From the IMG/VR virus record IMGVR_UViG_3300013120_000110, positions 1 to 64,000 of that record: a DNA stretch of 64,000 nt; one strand, given 5' to 3'. Under the pieces are notes generated by a model that saw only the letters and a program-made list of their open reading frames with translations, was not told the DNA's origin and made no database searches. A program made the translations under genes and the position numbers. The stretch comes from a virus. Of this stretch, positions 46,179 through 55,416 are shown one piece after another; within the stretch, counting starts at the first letter, position 1, and every line of letters starts with the position of its first letter.

Positions 46179-46496
46179 TTACCACTTCCACTGAGGGCAT
46201 TGTTTAATACCCTCTCGAATCCTGTTTATTATTTGCCGTCGTATCTTTCGCCTTCGCCCAACCGTCTTGAGGCATACTCCATCATCGTATTGCTCACAGG
46301 GGCGGCATAAGCTCTGTTCGATCCAATCTGATTCGTCTTTATCGCGTGGACCACAAGGGGTCTGATCCACACCACTTTGTCTATCACAAACCCGTTCTGG
46401 AGGTTTTACCTCTCTGGTCCTCCAGTGGCAGTTCATACATAACCAACCACCACCACAGCGGGGCAACAACTCGCATAGTCGCTTAGGATGAGACAT
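46179..46496 (-). CDS. Cys-rich hypothetical protein
   Basis: C..C..C...CP..KW pattern. Confidence 0.65.
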   Translation of the reverse strand: MSHPKRLCELLPRCGGGWLCMNCHWRTREVKPPERVCDRQSGVDQTPCGPRDKDESDWIEQSLCRPCEQYDDGVCLKTVGRRRKIRRQIINRIREGIKQCPQWKW

Positions 46497-47058
46497 GAAA
46501 TGTCGCGTTAGAGAGAACGCACTCGGTTTCCTCGTACTCTATACAAGCGGAATCAGTCAGTTCGTTCCAAATGGTTAGCGTATCATCAAAGTTAAAGCAG
46601 TCAGGCTTGCTCGTTCCCAAGTCTTTCTCCCAAACCCAATGAGCGCCGAATGTACCTAAAAACCTACCGCCCACACCACCTATCAGCCAATAATTTGTGT
46701 TTGCTGGAGGTTCTATTCCTAACACAACCCAAATATGAGCCTCGTAGGTAACAGCATAACAGACCCAATCACCTAGCGATTTAGTCCAAACGCAAATCGA
46801 GGATGAACCCGTAAGGGCCCGCAGACAATTACCGCCCCAAGCATAACCAATTCCCGAAAGGGTGTGTGTGCCATTCCAATCAGTACAATTACAGTTCGCC
46901 CCATCCTGAGCCCCGCTTAGTGTTACCTCGATTTCCTCGGGCCCCGTGCCACCATCACAGTTCTCACAGTTCCCTATGCCACAGCAACAGTCCGCGTGCA
47001 TTGCAACAACGCTACTGTCGAACAGCACCACGTTGTCCCAGAACTGAACTGTACCCAT
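46483..47058 (-). CDS. Cys-rich putative tail-tip protein
   Basis: DCCCG..NC.NC.GG.GP..I.VT.SG...C.C..WNGT. Confidence 0.6.
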   Translation of the reverse strand: MGTVQFWDNVVLFDSSVVAMHADCCCGIGNCENCDGGTGPEEIEVTLSGAQDGANCNCTDWNGTHTLSGIGYAWGGNCLRALTGSSSICVWTKSLGDWVCYAVTYEAHIWVVLGIEPPANTNYWLIGGVGGRFLGTFGAHWVWEKDLGTSKPDCFNFDDTLTIWNELTDSACIEYEETECVLSNATFHVSS

Positions 47059-47059
47059 G

Positions 47060-47767
47060 TTAGCAGGCTGTCCCTGTGTGCCAATCGGCCCATTCGAGCG
47101 CTACACCGTCGTCTATGTTCATCCTAAACGTCTGCCAGTGTTGATAGAATGTGAGGTTTTCTACCTTTTGGTTAATGTCAACCTGCTTGGCAACCATTTC
47201 TTGAACCAGTATATCCCAACCATCACCGTTGCGGGCTATGATACAGTTCCGATTGTCTGGGAGATACCAGTTGGCCGGATTACCCGCACTCAGCGCACCA
47301 GTCCCATCAGTAATCGGAGTTTGCCCATCGCACATAATCTCTATGTTATCTACCGATCCACCGGCTGTGCTGGTAATTGCCCCCTTGGCCTTCGCCTTAG
47401 CCAAGAGAGCTATCTCATGTATATCAAGGATCATAAACAGGTTAGAGTGTATCCGCACACAAGACCCAAACGCACCATCCGTACCACTATAATCATCCCT
47501 GCCGATACTTCTCCGGTTTCCAGTTGCGTCGTAAACCGTGAAGGTGTTAGCATCAAGGTCAGTTGTGAACCCCTGGGTGGCGCGATCATATATCCTCGGG
47601 TAAGCTGTTGCCTTGTAATCCCCTGGGTCTAGTGAGGTCTTTAGCTCAAAAGGAAACGCAGCCGGCGGCACGTTCTGCTCCTTGTTCCGCTTCACTAAAT
47701 GAATTAGCGCGTTCCAGTCATCGGCTAGAATCGGGTCGCCTGGATTTTTGTTACTCAGATGATCCAT
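47060..47767 (-). CDS. putative tail/baseplate protein
   Basis: PGDPILADDWNAL N-terminal motif. Confidence 0.6.
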   Translation of the reverse strand: MDHLSNKNPGDPILADDWNALIHLVKRNKEQNVPPAAFPFELKTSLDPGDYKATAYPRIYDRATQGFTTDLDANTFTVYDATGNRRSIGRDDYSGTDGAFGSCVRIHSNLFMILDIHEIALLAKAKAKGAITSTAGGSVDNIEIMCDGQTPITDGTGALSAGNPANWYLPDNRNCIIARNGDGWDILVQEMVAKQVDINQKVENLTFYQHWQTFRMNIDDGVALEWADWHTGTAC

Positions 47768-48522
47768 TAGGGATACCAATCGGCAGGGTACAAAATAAAC
47801 TCATCACCATCTGCGTTGTAAAGCGATTCCCAGGCAGCATTGGCCCCGTGCCAAAACTTATTCCAGCCGAAAGGATTGATTGGGAACTCGTATTTAATCG
47901 TGTACTGCGTACCACTTTCGTAATCAGAGTGAGCGATTATCATTGGGGTAGAGTACAAAACAGTCTGCGGGGGCCATGTATATCCGATAGTCCAGTCTGA
48001 TACGGGCGTAGCATTGCACATCTTCATGTAGGCCATCGGAAGTAATGGAGCCTGATTGAGCCGCCCCAAGGTTAGGCTGTACTTGCTGCCCATGACCTCT
48101 ACGCCGTTCATAGCTTCCTCGCGCGCAATCGGCGTATCATCGCTCCAATACAACTCCGTAGAGAACGGCCTGAGCCTGTGTGTCTCGGGGATGTATTTTT
48201 CCTCTATGTAGTTATCGCTAACCCACCTCGGACCCCAGGTGTCGTAAAACAGCTTCAGCACACAGCGGGTATAGGAGCTTTTGATAGCCGAGCCGCCGAT
48301 TGGCCCACGGCTGACGGGTTTGATCCCACGCACAAAAGCCTCTGGGGGGCCGTCGTCATGCGGATAGCCAGCCCCGGCAACCGACAAGAAGAAGGTAATT
48401 AGTTCAGCGCGATCCGACCACGCACACTCCACAAAGCGGGTGGCGCGAAAGTGGCGCTCGGTGTTACGCTCATACCATTCGCCAACAGGGGATGGGGATA
48501 CTTCTGTGTATGGTGGTGCCAT
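47767..48522 (-). CDS. putative distal tail protein
   Basis: ATR...C.W.DR...YPH; GWNKFW...LYP.AD. Confidence 0.55.
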   Translation of the reverse strand: MAPPYTEVSPSPVGEWYERNTERHFRATRFVECAWSDRAELITFFLSVAGAGYPHDDGPPEAFVRGIKPVSRGPIGGSAIKSSYTRCVLKLFYDTWGPRWVSDNYIEEKYIPETHRLRPFSTELYWSDDTPIAREEAMNGVEVMGSKYSLTLGRLNQAPLLPMAYMKMCNATPVSDWTIGYTWPPQTVLYSTPMIIAHSDYESGTQYTIKYEFPINPFGWNKFWHGANAAWESLYNADGDEFILYPADWYP

Positions 48523-48525
48523 GGA

Positions 48526-49029
48526 CTATCCAAATACTGCTGGGGCATCCTCGCGTTCGTGGATTTCCTTTACTAATTCAAGCACTTCATCCAGCTTAAT
48601 TTTAAGTTGCTCAAGTTTTTCCTCTATCTCTTTTCTTTCTTCGTCCTCTTTATCCTCTCCAGGCTCTTGTGATGGTATCGGGGGCTCTTCACCCATCCCC
48701 CCATCGTCTTGCTCGGGCTCCTCTCGCTCAATACTGCTTTCCTCGCCAGTGAAGCGATACGTTCGTGTCTTAGGCGGGCGATACGGCCCGCGCCGCATCC
48801 CAGCCCACATCGCCTGCTGCTCTTCAACTGAGACGGTTCGGGGTTCAGCCTGGGTGGGCTGTTCCTCCAAAGGTTTAGGAAGTGGAAGCTGTTCCTCTTC
48901 CTTCTGTTCCTCCTTCTGATCCTCACCCTTCTCCCCGGGCTCCTCTATCGGAGGCAAGGGGGGGTGCTCAAACTCATCCTTTGGAATCTCAGGAAACGCC
49001 TCTTCATGTGGTCGTTCATCGTCGGGCAT
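48526..49029 (-). CDS. acidic Pro/Glu-rich protein in the tape-measure position
   Basis: Disordered; ends L..I.....PAVFG. Confidence 0.6.
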   Translation of the reverse strand: MPDDERPHEEAFPEIPKDEFEHPPLPPIEEPGEKGEDQKEEQKEEEQLPLPKPLEEQPTQAEPRTVSVEEQQAMWAGMRRGPYRPPKTRTYRFTGEESSIEREEPEQDDGGMGEEPPIPSQEPGEDKEDEERKEIEEKLEQLKIKLDEVLELVKEIHEREDAPAVFG

Positions 49030-49041
49030 CGCCTACTCCTA

Positions 49042-49908
49042 CTAGGTCGGCCAGAGCGTACTCAGCGCAGGGTTGACAATCGCACCCTTGACGGGCGTAG
49101 CCGTATCATCAAAACCAGAGAAGGCCGCTTGCAGTCGGGCAGTAACATAGTTTGGTCTGCCCGCCCCAGCGTCTATTGGGTAGAAGGTTGGCCTGCGCAA
49201 CAACTTCATCCACTTAATATCCCAGTAAGTGCTTGCAGTCACGTAGGGTTGGTATTGCTTGAAGATCGAGCCCGCGTCGAGCATATTGGTAAGCTGATCT
49301 TTGTCATCAAAATACTGGGTCCAGGCCAATGTTGCCTCCCAGTTACCGGAGTCTCGGCGCGGCCAACCTAGATATTCCGAAGGCCAAATGGGCGGAGGCA
49401 TTTTCATGGGGAAATCAAGCACCCAATCCTCAACACCATTTACCGCATTACCACCGATCTTAAAGGTCATGCCGGAACTGATCGGCGGCGCAGCGGCCAA
49501 ACTGGTTGCGGCACTTTTATCAGTGTCATCAGAACCCGCGAGCGATCCAGAACCGGCAAAGTACAACTGATAGTAGAACATTTTATTCCGCTTCGGCTGA
49601 CAAAAGATTCTGGTGCGAGTACAGATGCAACTCGAATCATGGTCTACAGCCGTCGGGTCAGAGCTTATCCAGCCCTTTTTGTTCCGGTCATTGCCGTAGA
49701 AGCGAAACTTATCGCCAGGCATGTGGGGCGGGGTAGCCCCGATTCCCACGGCCACACCAACCCAATCCTTATTGGAATCAGCACGCACAACAGCACCATC
49801 AGCGCTAGAGCAACTAAGTGCATTGTCAGCGGCCCGCGTCTCTATCATAAACCGCCCAATACAGGAAATGCCCTCGATGTGGGCCTTAGCGGCTGTAATG
49901 TATGTCAT
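49042..49908 (-). CDS. putative tail tube-like protein (two tandem domains)
   Basis: R.DSNKDW and RRDSGNWEAT motifs in the two halves. Confidence 0.5.
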   Translation of the reverse strand: MTYITAAKAHIEGISCIGRFMIETRAADNALSCSSADGAVVRADSNKDWVGVAVGIGATPPHMPGDKFRFYGNDRNKKGWISSDPTAVDHDSSCICTRTRIFCQPKRNKMFYYQLYFAGSGSLAGSDDTDKSAATSLAAAPPISSGMTFKIGGNAVNGVEDWVLDFPMKMPPPIWPSEYLGWPRRDSGNWEATLAWTQYFDDKDQLTNMLDAGSIFKQYQPYVTASTYWDIKWMKLLRRPTFYPIDAGAGRPNYVTARLQAAFSGFDDTATPVKGAIVNPALSTLWPT

Positions 49909-49918
49909 CGCAATACTC

Positions 49919-50482
49919 CTATGCGGGGACTAAGGCCCCAGACCCAAACACCATCGTAATAATGCCATCCCAGGCCAGGACGGCGCCGGTATGCTGGATC
50001 GGAGCCTGTTGTTCCTCTAAGCGGGGCGCTTGCATCCGTGCCATGTCTCGCGTACATCGTATATCCCTAATAAACGGACCAACCGAACCCCACGTTAGGG
50101 CGTCAGTGGTTGTTTCCCAATCCATCAAGGCCCGGAGGATTTCCCACTTGAGCGGTAAAATCCCCTTCCAAATGTTGTCAGCGGAATCGAGAAAGTAGGC
50201 CCGCCGCTCATCTGTTAGAATCCAAATCCGAAAGCGTAGGTCCACATGCGTACCATCCGAACTCCAGTACATATCCGTCACGCCCCCCACGTTCTCTACC
50301 GCCACCTGGGCTTCACCCTCGGGCAACCGTGCTTGGCGTTCGGGGCGACGTTCGGCGCTTGTGGAAAAGAACTTTATCCGTAGGCGGGAGGGTACTCTGT
50401 CGGTAAAGCCAGAGTTCGCCTCAAGGATAGTCCAGAGGGCGTCGAAGCTCTGGGACAGCGGGTCTTTTTCTGGCGCTGCCAT
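49919..50482 (-). CDS. putative tail completion/terminator protein
   Basis: Gene position; DP...FDALW..LE N-terminus. Confidence 0.5.
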   Translation of the reverse strand: MAAPEKDPLSQSFDALWTILEANSGFTDRVPSRLRIKFFSTSAERRPERQARLPEGEAQVAVENVGGVTDMYWSSDGTHVDLRFRIWILTDERRAYFLDSADNIWKGILPLKWEILRALMDWETTTDALTWGSVGPFIRDIRCTRDMARMQAPRLEEQQAPIQHTGAVLAWDGIITMVFGSGALVPA

Positions 50483-50489
50483 CTATTTA

Positions 50490-50975
50490 TTATGACGGGT
50501 AATCTTCGGTAAGTGTCAGCGTACAAAACACACCCGTTCCGAGCGTGCCTGTGCCTTCTGAGACAGCAACCACAGCGGTTAGAACATCGTCTGCCACGGC
50601 GGCTGTAACGGATAGCGTACCGGAAACAGCCTCATAGGCGATTTCCGTACTATCCAGCGTGATAACAGCGCTCAACATCGTGGTCCCGTTCTTTTTGAGG
50701 TCCACGGTAATCGTACTATCACCCGTACAGGGCGTGACGCTACCGGCCTTAAACGAAACCATAGTGGCAGCCGCCCCGGCCACTGTATGCAAAACAACAG
50801 TAGCATCACTTGACCCTGGACACGCGGCGTTCTGTGAATAGCTAAAGGCATGAAAATGCTCCATCGCCGTCGCTAACACCGCCGTACCACCAGCGGCAAG
50901 CAAGAAACCCTCAGCCCGAATCCAGCCGGGCAGGGCTATATTTTGAGCCCCCATTCGGGATACTTCAGTCGCCAT
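50490..50975 (-). CDS. virion structural protein
   Basis: T/A/V-rich beta sandwich; ITVDLKKNGTTMLS. Confidence 0.6.
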   Translation of the reverse strand: MATEVSRMGAQNIALPGWIRAEGFLLAAGGTAVLATAMEHFHAFSYSQNAACPGSSDATVVLHTVAGAAATMVSFKAGSVTPCTGDSTITVDLKKNGTTMLSAVITLDSTEIAYEAVSGTLSVTAAVADDVLTAVVAVSEGTGTLGTGVFCTLTLTEDYPS

Positions 50976-51040
50976 AATTTATCTCCTTACCTATTCCGGG
51001 CAGGGGACTATAAAGCGTCCCCCGGTGCTTTAGGCTTTTA

Positions 51041-52375
51041 TTACTCTCCACCAATCGAACCAGCCGCATAGACCGGAACGTAGTAAGTTGTACCAGCGCA
51101 ATCAATCTTGATTACGCCGTCGGCGTTACCATTGCCAGCCGTATGTGTGATAGCAGCAATCTTAATGCCATCCTCATAGGCTGTTCCAGACTTAAACTTG
51201 GCAAAGTGATCGGCGCCGTCGATATACAGCACCGAACCCCAGTTATCATTTTTTTGGTCCGTGGCGATTGCCACAAAAGCGGCCAACTCGCCAGTCTGGG
51301 TAACTGTATAGGCACCAGTAGTGTTTAACTCAGCGTAGACCCCGCAAAGGAACGTGTCGGCAGTCTCGATATTGACGTTTCCGCCAATTTCGACCCTAGC
51401 CCGAATCGCACCAGCCGCATGGTTGGCGGCATTGAGAGCGAAGTCACAAGCACCATCTAGCTCTAGGTAGCCCCAGAGGCCAAAACAGTAATCAGCGTCG
51501 AAATCCACGCCGTTATAGAGCTTCGTTTGCCCAGTCAGTGAGGTCAGGGTAGCAGCCCCAGTATGTTCAGCGGTAATGAGTAACCGAGAAAGCACGCCAC
51601 GGCGGTTCCCCGTCAAAGCAGCCCCACCATCGTCAGAATGGAACCTATTGGCAGCAGTCACGCCACCCAAGCTAACTCCATCGCCAGCGGTATTGCCGTG
51701 TTCACCGATGTAAACACCCATGTCAACAGCTTCACCCTTGGCAAACAGGGCCGAACCCCACTTATCGTTTTTCTGATCCGTGACCGCAGCCACAAAGGCA
51801 GAAAGAAACGAATTGGTCTGCGTAACAGTATAAGCGCCAGTAGTGTTCAACTCCGCAAACACACCGGCCAGATAAGTGTCGGCTGTGTCAACTGTAACAT
51901 TACCAGCTACTTCGATTCTAGCCCGAAACGCACAGGCAGCATGTCCAGCCGAATTGAGGGTGAAGTCTGTTGCCCCAGCAATCTCCAGGTAGCCTTGGAC
52001 ACCGGCCACGTAGTCGGCATCGAAGTCAATGCCGCCAACGAACTTAACTTGACCACGAATGGCAGTCAAAGTTAGGGCGCCAGTGTGGTTGGCAATCACC
52101 GCCACGCGAGAAAGCACCGCGCGAACATCCCCTGTTATAGCTGCGTCTGCGTCATCAAAGAGAAAGGATACTGGACGCTTATTCGTCGCAGAGAGGGTAA
52201 TACCCTTACTGGCCTCACTGGAGTAAGTTCCAGTTGTAATCAGCGCAGTAGTGGACGCCTCTGTTCCACCTGTTAGCACATCAATAGAGGCTAAATCGGC
52301 CAGTAGTTCGGTTGCCCCGGTACTATCGGGGACAATCCCATTAAGGGCCGTAGTTAAAGCCGTAGAAACAGCCAT
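51041..52375 (-). CDS. fibre/spike-like protein with two internal repeat units
   Basis: Duplicated VLSR...GQ.K...DFDADY..G..GYLE unit; C-terminal YYVPVY. Confidence 0.7.
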   Translation of the reverse strand: MAVSTALTTALNGIVPDSTGATELLADLASIDVLTGGTEASTTALITTGTYSSEASKGITLSATNKRPVSFLFDDADAAITGDVRAVLSRVAVIANHTGALTLTAIRGQVKFVGGIDFDADYVAGVQGYLEIAGATDFTLNSAGHAACAFRARIEVAGNVTVDTADTYLAGVFAELNTTGAYTVTQTNSFLSAFVAAVTDQKNDKWGSALFAKGEAVDMGVYIGEHGNTAGDGVSLGGVTAANRFHSDDGGAALTGNRRGVLSRLLITAEHTGAATLTSLTGQTKLYNGVDFDADYCFGLWGYLELDGACDFALNAANHAAGAIRARVEIGGNVNIETADTFLCGVYAELNTTGAYTVTQTGELAAFVAIATDQKNDNWGSVLYIDGADHFAKFKSGTAYEDGIKIAAITHTAGNGNADGVIKIDCAGTTYYVPVYAAGSIGGE

Positions 52376-52384
52376 GTCATTCTC

Positions 52385-52762
52385 CTAACTCTTGAAAAAC
52401 GGCTCCAAACGAGCCATATCCTCCACGGATAAAACATTCGCCTGATCCGCTCCCAGAGAACCCAAAAGGTCCTCTAGTGTCATTTCGATTGGTTTTAGGT
52501 CCGTCTCTGTAGCTAGAACCGCGCCAAACTGAACAACAAAGTCCCTGTGTTCAGGTGTTCCGCGTTCAAGCGAGACATTATCGCCCGGCTTGGCCCCCGA
52601 TACCTTCTGTATCAAGGCGATTCGCTGTTGCTCGACAACATCTGCTTCAGCGCCTACCAGTTTGACATACTTCAAGAGCTTGTACGCCTTCTGGGGCGGT
52701 ATCCTCAGTTGCGTAAGGCGAGCCCAGGCTTCACGAGCGCTAAAGATTTCTGCTAATTGCAT
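52385..52762 (-). CDS. hypothetical protein (possible fibre chaperone)
   Basis: GGAGG RBS; lies between fibre paralogues. Confidence 0.6.
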   Translation of the reverse strand: MQLAEIFSAREAWARLTQLRIPPQKAYKLLKYVKLVGAEADVVEQQRIALIQKVSGAKPGDNVSLERGTPEHRDFVVQFGAVLATETDLKPIEMTLEDLLGSLGADQANVLSVEDMARLEPFFKS

Positions 52763-52794
52763 TACATTTCCTCCATTGTTTCATGGGTATAGGG

Positions 52795-52829
52795 AAAAAA
52801 GTGGGGGGCTACAAAGCGGCCCCCCCTCG
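52795..52829 (-). terminator. intrinsic terminator
   Basis: GGGGGGC/GCCCCCC stem followed by TTTTTT on - strand. Confidence 0.7.
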
Positions 52830-52831
52830 CT

Positions 52832-53014
52832 TTAAGCATCTTCCTCTGTGACATCGACCTTCAGATGATAGTGCCAAACCTTACCGGCAGGCACCACCTC
52901 ATCTAGTTCATCTTCGCCACATTCGGCCTTTAGCTGGGCACCAGCAGCCAACGTCCCACCGCAAGCGGCGGTAAGCCTCTCAATCGGCAGAATAGTATGC
53001 CGGTCAAGTTCCAT
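52832..53014 (-). CDS. small virion-region protein
   Basis: AAGGAGG RBS; VPAGKVW motif. Confidence 0.6.
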   Translation of the reverse strand: MELDRHTILPIERLTAACGGTLAAGAQLKAECGEDELDEVVPAGKVWHYHLKVDVTEEDA

Positions 53015-53029
53015 ATCAAACCCTCCTTA

Positions 53030-54691
53030 TTAGAAGGTTTCGGCAGCATAGACCGGGATGTAACCCGGCGTACCACCAATGTCAACCCGCATAGAGTGGC
53101 TAGTATTACCTGCTGGAGTGGCAGCAACAGCTTTGATTCCATTGGTGTAGGAAGCATCAGCAGCCAAGAACCCAATGGCGTTGTCCGCTCCGTCGATATA
53201 CAGGGCAGAACCCCAAAGGTCGCTCCGCTGGTCCGTTGAGGCAGCCACAAAAGCAGCCAGCACACCAGTTTGAGTAACCGTCCAGGCACCAGTGGTATTC
53301 AACTCCGAGAACACACCAGCCAAATAGCTGCCCGCAGTCTCAATGGACATCGAGCCTCCAACCTCAGTACGAGCCCGCACCGCACAAGCCGCGTGCCGAG
53401 CAGCGTTTAGCCCAAGGTTGTTGGTCCCGCCCATTTCAAGGTAGCCATACAGGCCGCAAACATAGTCCCCGTCGAAGTCGATATTGCTAACCAACTTCGT
53501 TTGGGCACACATGCTAGCAAGGCTTGTAGCCCCAGTGTGATTGGCAATCACCGCCAAACGAGACAGCATATTGCGCCTATTGCCAGTCAAAGCGGCACCG
53601 CCGTCATCACCGTGGAATCGGTTCAGGGCTGTCGCTCCACCCAGGTCTAAACCGTCACCGGCAGAGTTGCCGTGTTCTCCGACCTGGACACCCAGATCAG
53701 CAGCCTCACCCTTGGCAAACAACACGTAGCCCCACTTGTCATTCTTCTGGTCCGTCACCGCAGCCGCGAAAGCTGCCAAATGCGAATTAGTTTGAGTGAC
53801 AGTGTAGGCACCCGTAGTGTTCAACTCCGCAAACACACCGGCCAGATAAGTGTCGGCTGTGTCAACCGTGACGTTGCCAGCCACCTCCACCCTCGCGCGG
53901 AAAGCACAAGCAGCATGACCAGCAGAATTGAGAGTAAAGTCAGTAGCACCGGCAATCTCCAAGTAGCCTTGGACACCGGCAACATAGTCGGCATCGAAGT
54001 CAATGCCGCCAACGAACTTAACTTGACCGCGAATGGCAGTTAGGCTCAAGGAGCCTGTATGATTGGCAATCACGGCCACCCGCGAAAGAACACCGCGCAA
54101 GTCACCCGTTGCCGCATCGCCACCGTCGTCATACAAAAAGGCGATGGGGCGAGTGTTGGTGGCAGACAAGACAACACCAGAATCGGCGGTATTGCCATAA
54201 GTGCCTGTGGTCAACAGGGCGGTAGTCTGCCCATCCGGGTAGACTAATCCCTTGGTGGAACTGAGAACCAAAGCCTTGCTGGCAGCAGGCGTACCGGCTG
54301 TAACTCCATCAAGAGCGGTGGAACCCGGGACGTTAGCACCTTCGCCCGCCAGCACGCGCCAGCGGAAGTTGGAGCCAATCGCGTGAGACTGAAGCATCAT
54401 CCAGTCGCCAGCGGTATCAAACGTCAATGTCGTGGTTCCAGTCTGATCGAACCCGTTGGCGTTATAGACACCAACATCGCCACCATCTGTTTTCAGACTG
54501 ATAACGACAATAAGCCCAGCCCTAACCGGGTCAGGCATAGCTCGCCGCAATGTTGAGCTTGTTTCCGTAGTTGTGGAAACTAGCGGAACATAGAGAAAGC
54601 TCCTGTCCGCAACAATCGTGCCCCCTTGGCCCGGATCAACAATCTCATATTGAGCCTTTGCCAAGTCGGCTAATAGTCTGTGAGCGCTCAT
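53030..54691 (-). CDS. fibre/spike-like protein, paralogue of 51041..52375 with extra N-terminal domain
   Basis: Same two repeat units; C-terminal GYIPVY; AAGGAG RBS. Confidence 0.7.
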   Translation of the reverse strand: MSAHRLLADLAKAQYEIVDPGQGGTIVADRSFLYVPLVSTTTETSSTLRRAMPDPVRAGLIVVISLKTDGGDVGVYNANGFDQTGTTTLTFDTAGDWMMLQSHAIGSNFRWRVLAGEGANVPGSTALDGVTAGTPAASKALVLSSTKGLVYPDGQTTALLTTGTYGNTADSGVVLSATNTRPIAFLYDDGGDAATGDLRGVLSRVAVIANHTGSLSLTAIRGQVKFVGGIDFDADYVAGVQGYLEIAGATDFTLNSAGHAACAFRARVEVAGNVTVDTADTYLAGVFAELNTTGAYTVTQTNSHLAAFAAAVTDQKNDKWGYVLFAKGEAADLGVQVGEHGNSAGDGLDLGGATALNRFHGDDGGAALTGNRRNMLSRLAVIANHTGATSLASMCAQTKLVSNIDFDGDYVCGLYGYLEMGGTNNLGLNAARHAACAVRARTEVGGSMSIETAGSYLAGVFSELNTTGAWTVTQTGVLAAFVAASTDQRSDLWGSALYIDGADNAIGFLAADASYTNGIKAVAATPAGNTSHSMRVDIGGTPGYIPVYAAETF

Positions 54692-54742
54692 AAATCTACT
54701 CCTTCTAAAAAGGCCATGCACTCAGGCAAAGGCCGTGAATTG

Positions 54743-55075
54743 TTATCCCTTCAAGCTGACGATTACATCGCCTGATTCAACTGGTGTGGCAACTATCTTC
54801 AAGGCACCCGCGCCGCGAAGCTCACTGGGAATCGGTATGCTTTTAGAGGCCGCAGGGGTACTGGTAATCGCGCTACCAGCCCCATCCTGAGCGGCGTAAA
54901 AAGTACCGTCCGGGTCCTCAGCCGCCCACCACGTCAAAGCAGAGCTTAGTGTTGATCCAGCGGGAATGTAAACCTCACCCTGATTGAACCCGCGATACTC
55001 AAACGCTTCGCTTGAGCTAGCCCCCGCAGTAACGGATACGGTTTGCTTTACTGTAAAACTTGTGGCTTGGGACAT
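54743..55075 (-). CDS. small virion protein, tandem paralogue 2
   Basis: FEYRGFN.G.VY.PAGS...LTWWAAEDPDGTFYAA...VIVSLKG. Confidence 0.75.
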   Translation of the reverse strand: MSQATSFTVKQTVSVTAGASSSEAFEYRGFNQGEVYIPAGSTLSSALTWWAAEDPDGTFYAAQDGAGSAITSTPAASKSIPIPSELRGAGALKIVATPVESGDVIVSLKG

Positions 55076-55078
55076 GCT

Positions 55079-55402
55079 CTACCCCTTTAGGCTTACGATT
55101 ACATCCCCGGCGTCATCCCCAACTGCAAGCAAGGCACCAGCGCCCCGTAGCTCAGTGGGAATCGGCACAGCGCTAGACGCCGCTACTGTACTTGTAATTG
55201 CGTTACCAGAACCATCCTCGGCGGCATAAAACGTGCCATCGGGGTCCTCAGCCGCCCACCACGTCAAAAGCGTTAATGCCGATCCAGCAGGTGTGTAAAC
55301 CATCCCATGGTTGAACCCGCGATACTCAAACAGTTCGCTTGTGGTAGACGACGCGGTAACTGAAATTGTCTGTTTGATACAAAAACTTGTGTTTTGAGCC
55401 AT
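55079..55402 (-). CDS. small virion protein, tandem paralogue 1
   Basis: Same motifs as 54743..55075. Confidence 0.75.
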   Translation of the reverse strand: MAQNTSFCIKQTISVTASSTTSELFEYRGFNHGMVYTPAGSALTLLTWWAAEDPDGTFYAAEDGSGNAITSTVAASSAVPIPTELRGAGALLAVGDDAGDVIVSLKG

Positions 55403-55416
55403 GCTCTCTCTCCCTA

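Noticed and set aside
51690-54090. Diversity-generating retroelement TR/VR pair
   Set aside because: Differences are synonymous and not adenine-specific, both copies are coding, and no reverse transcriptase is present in the window.
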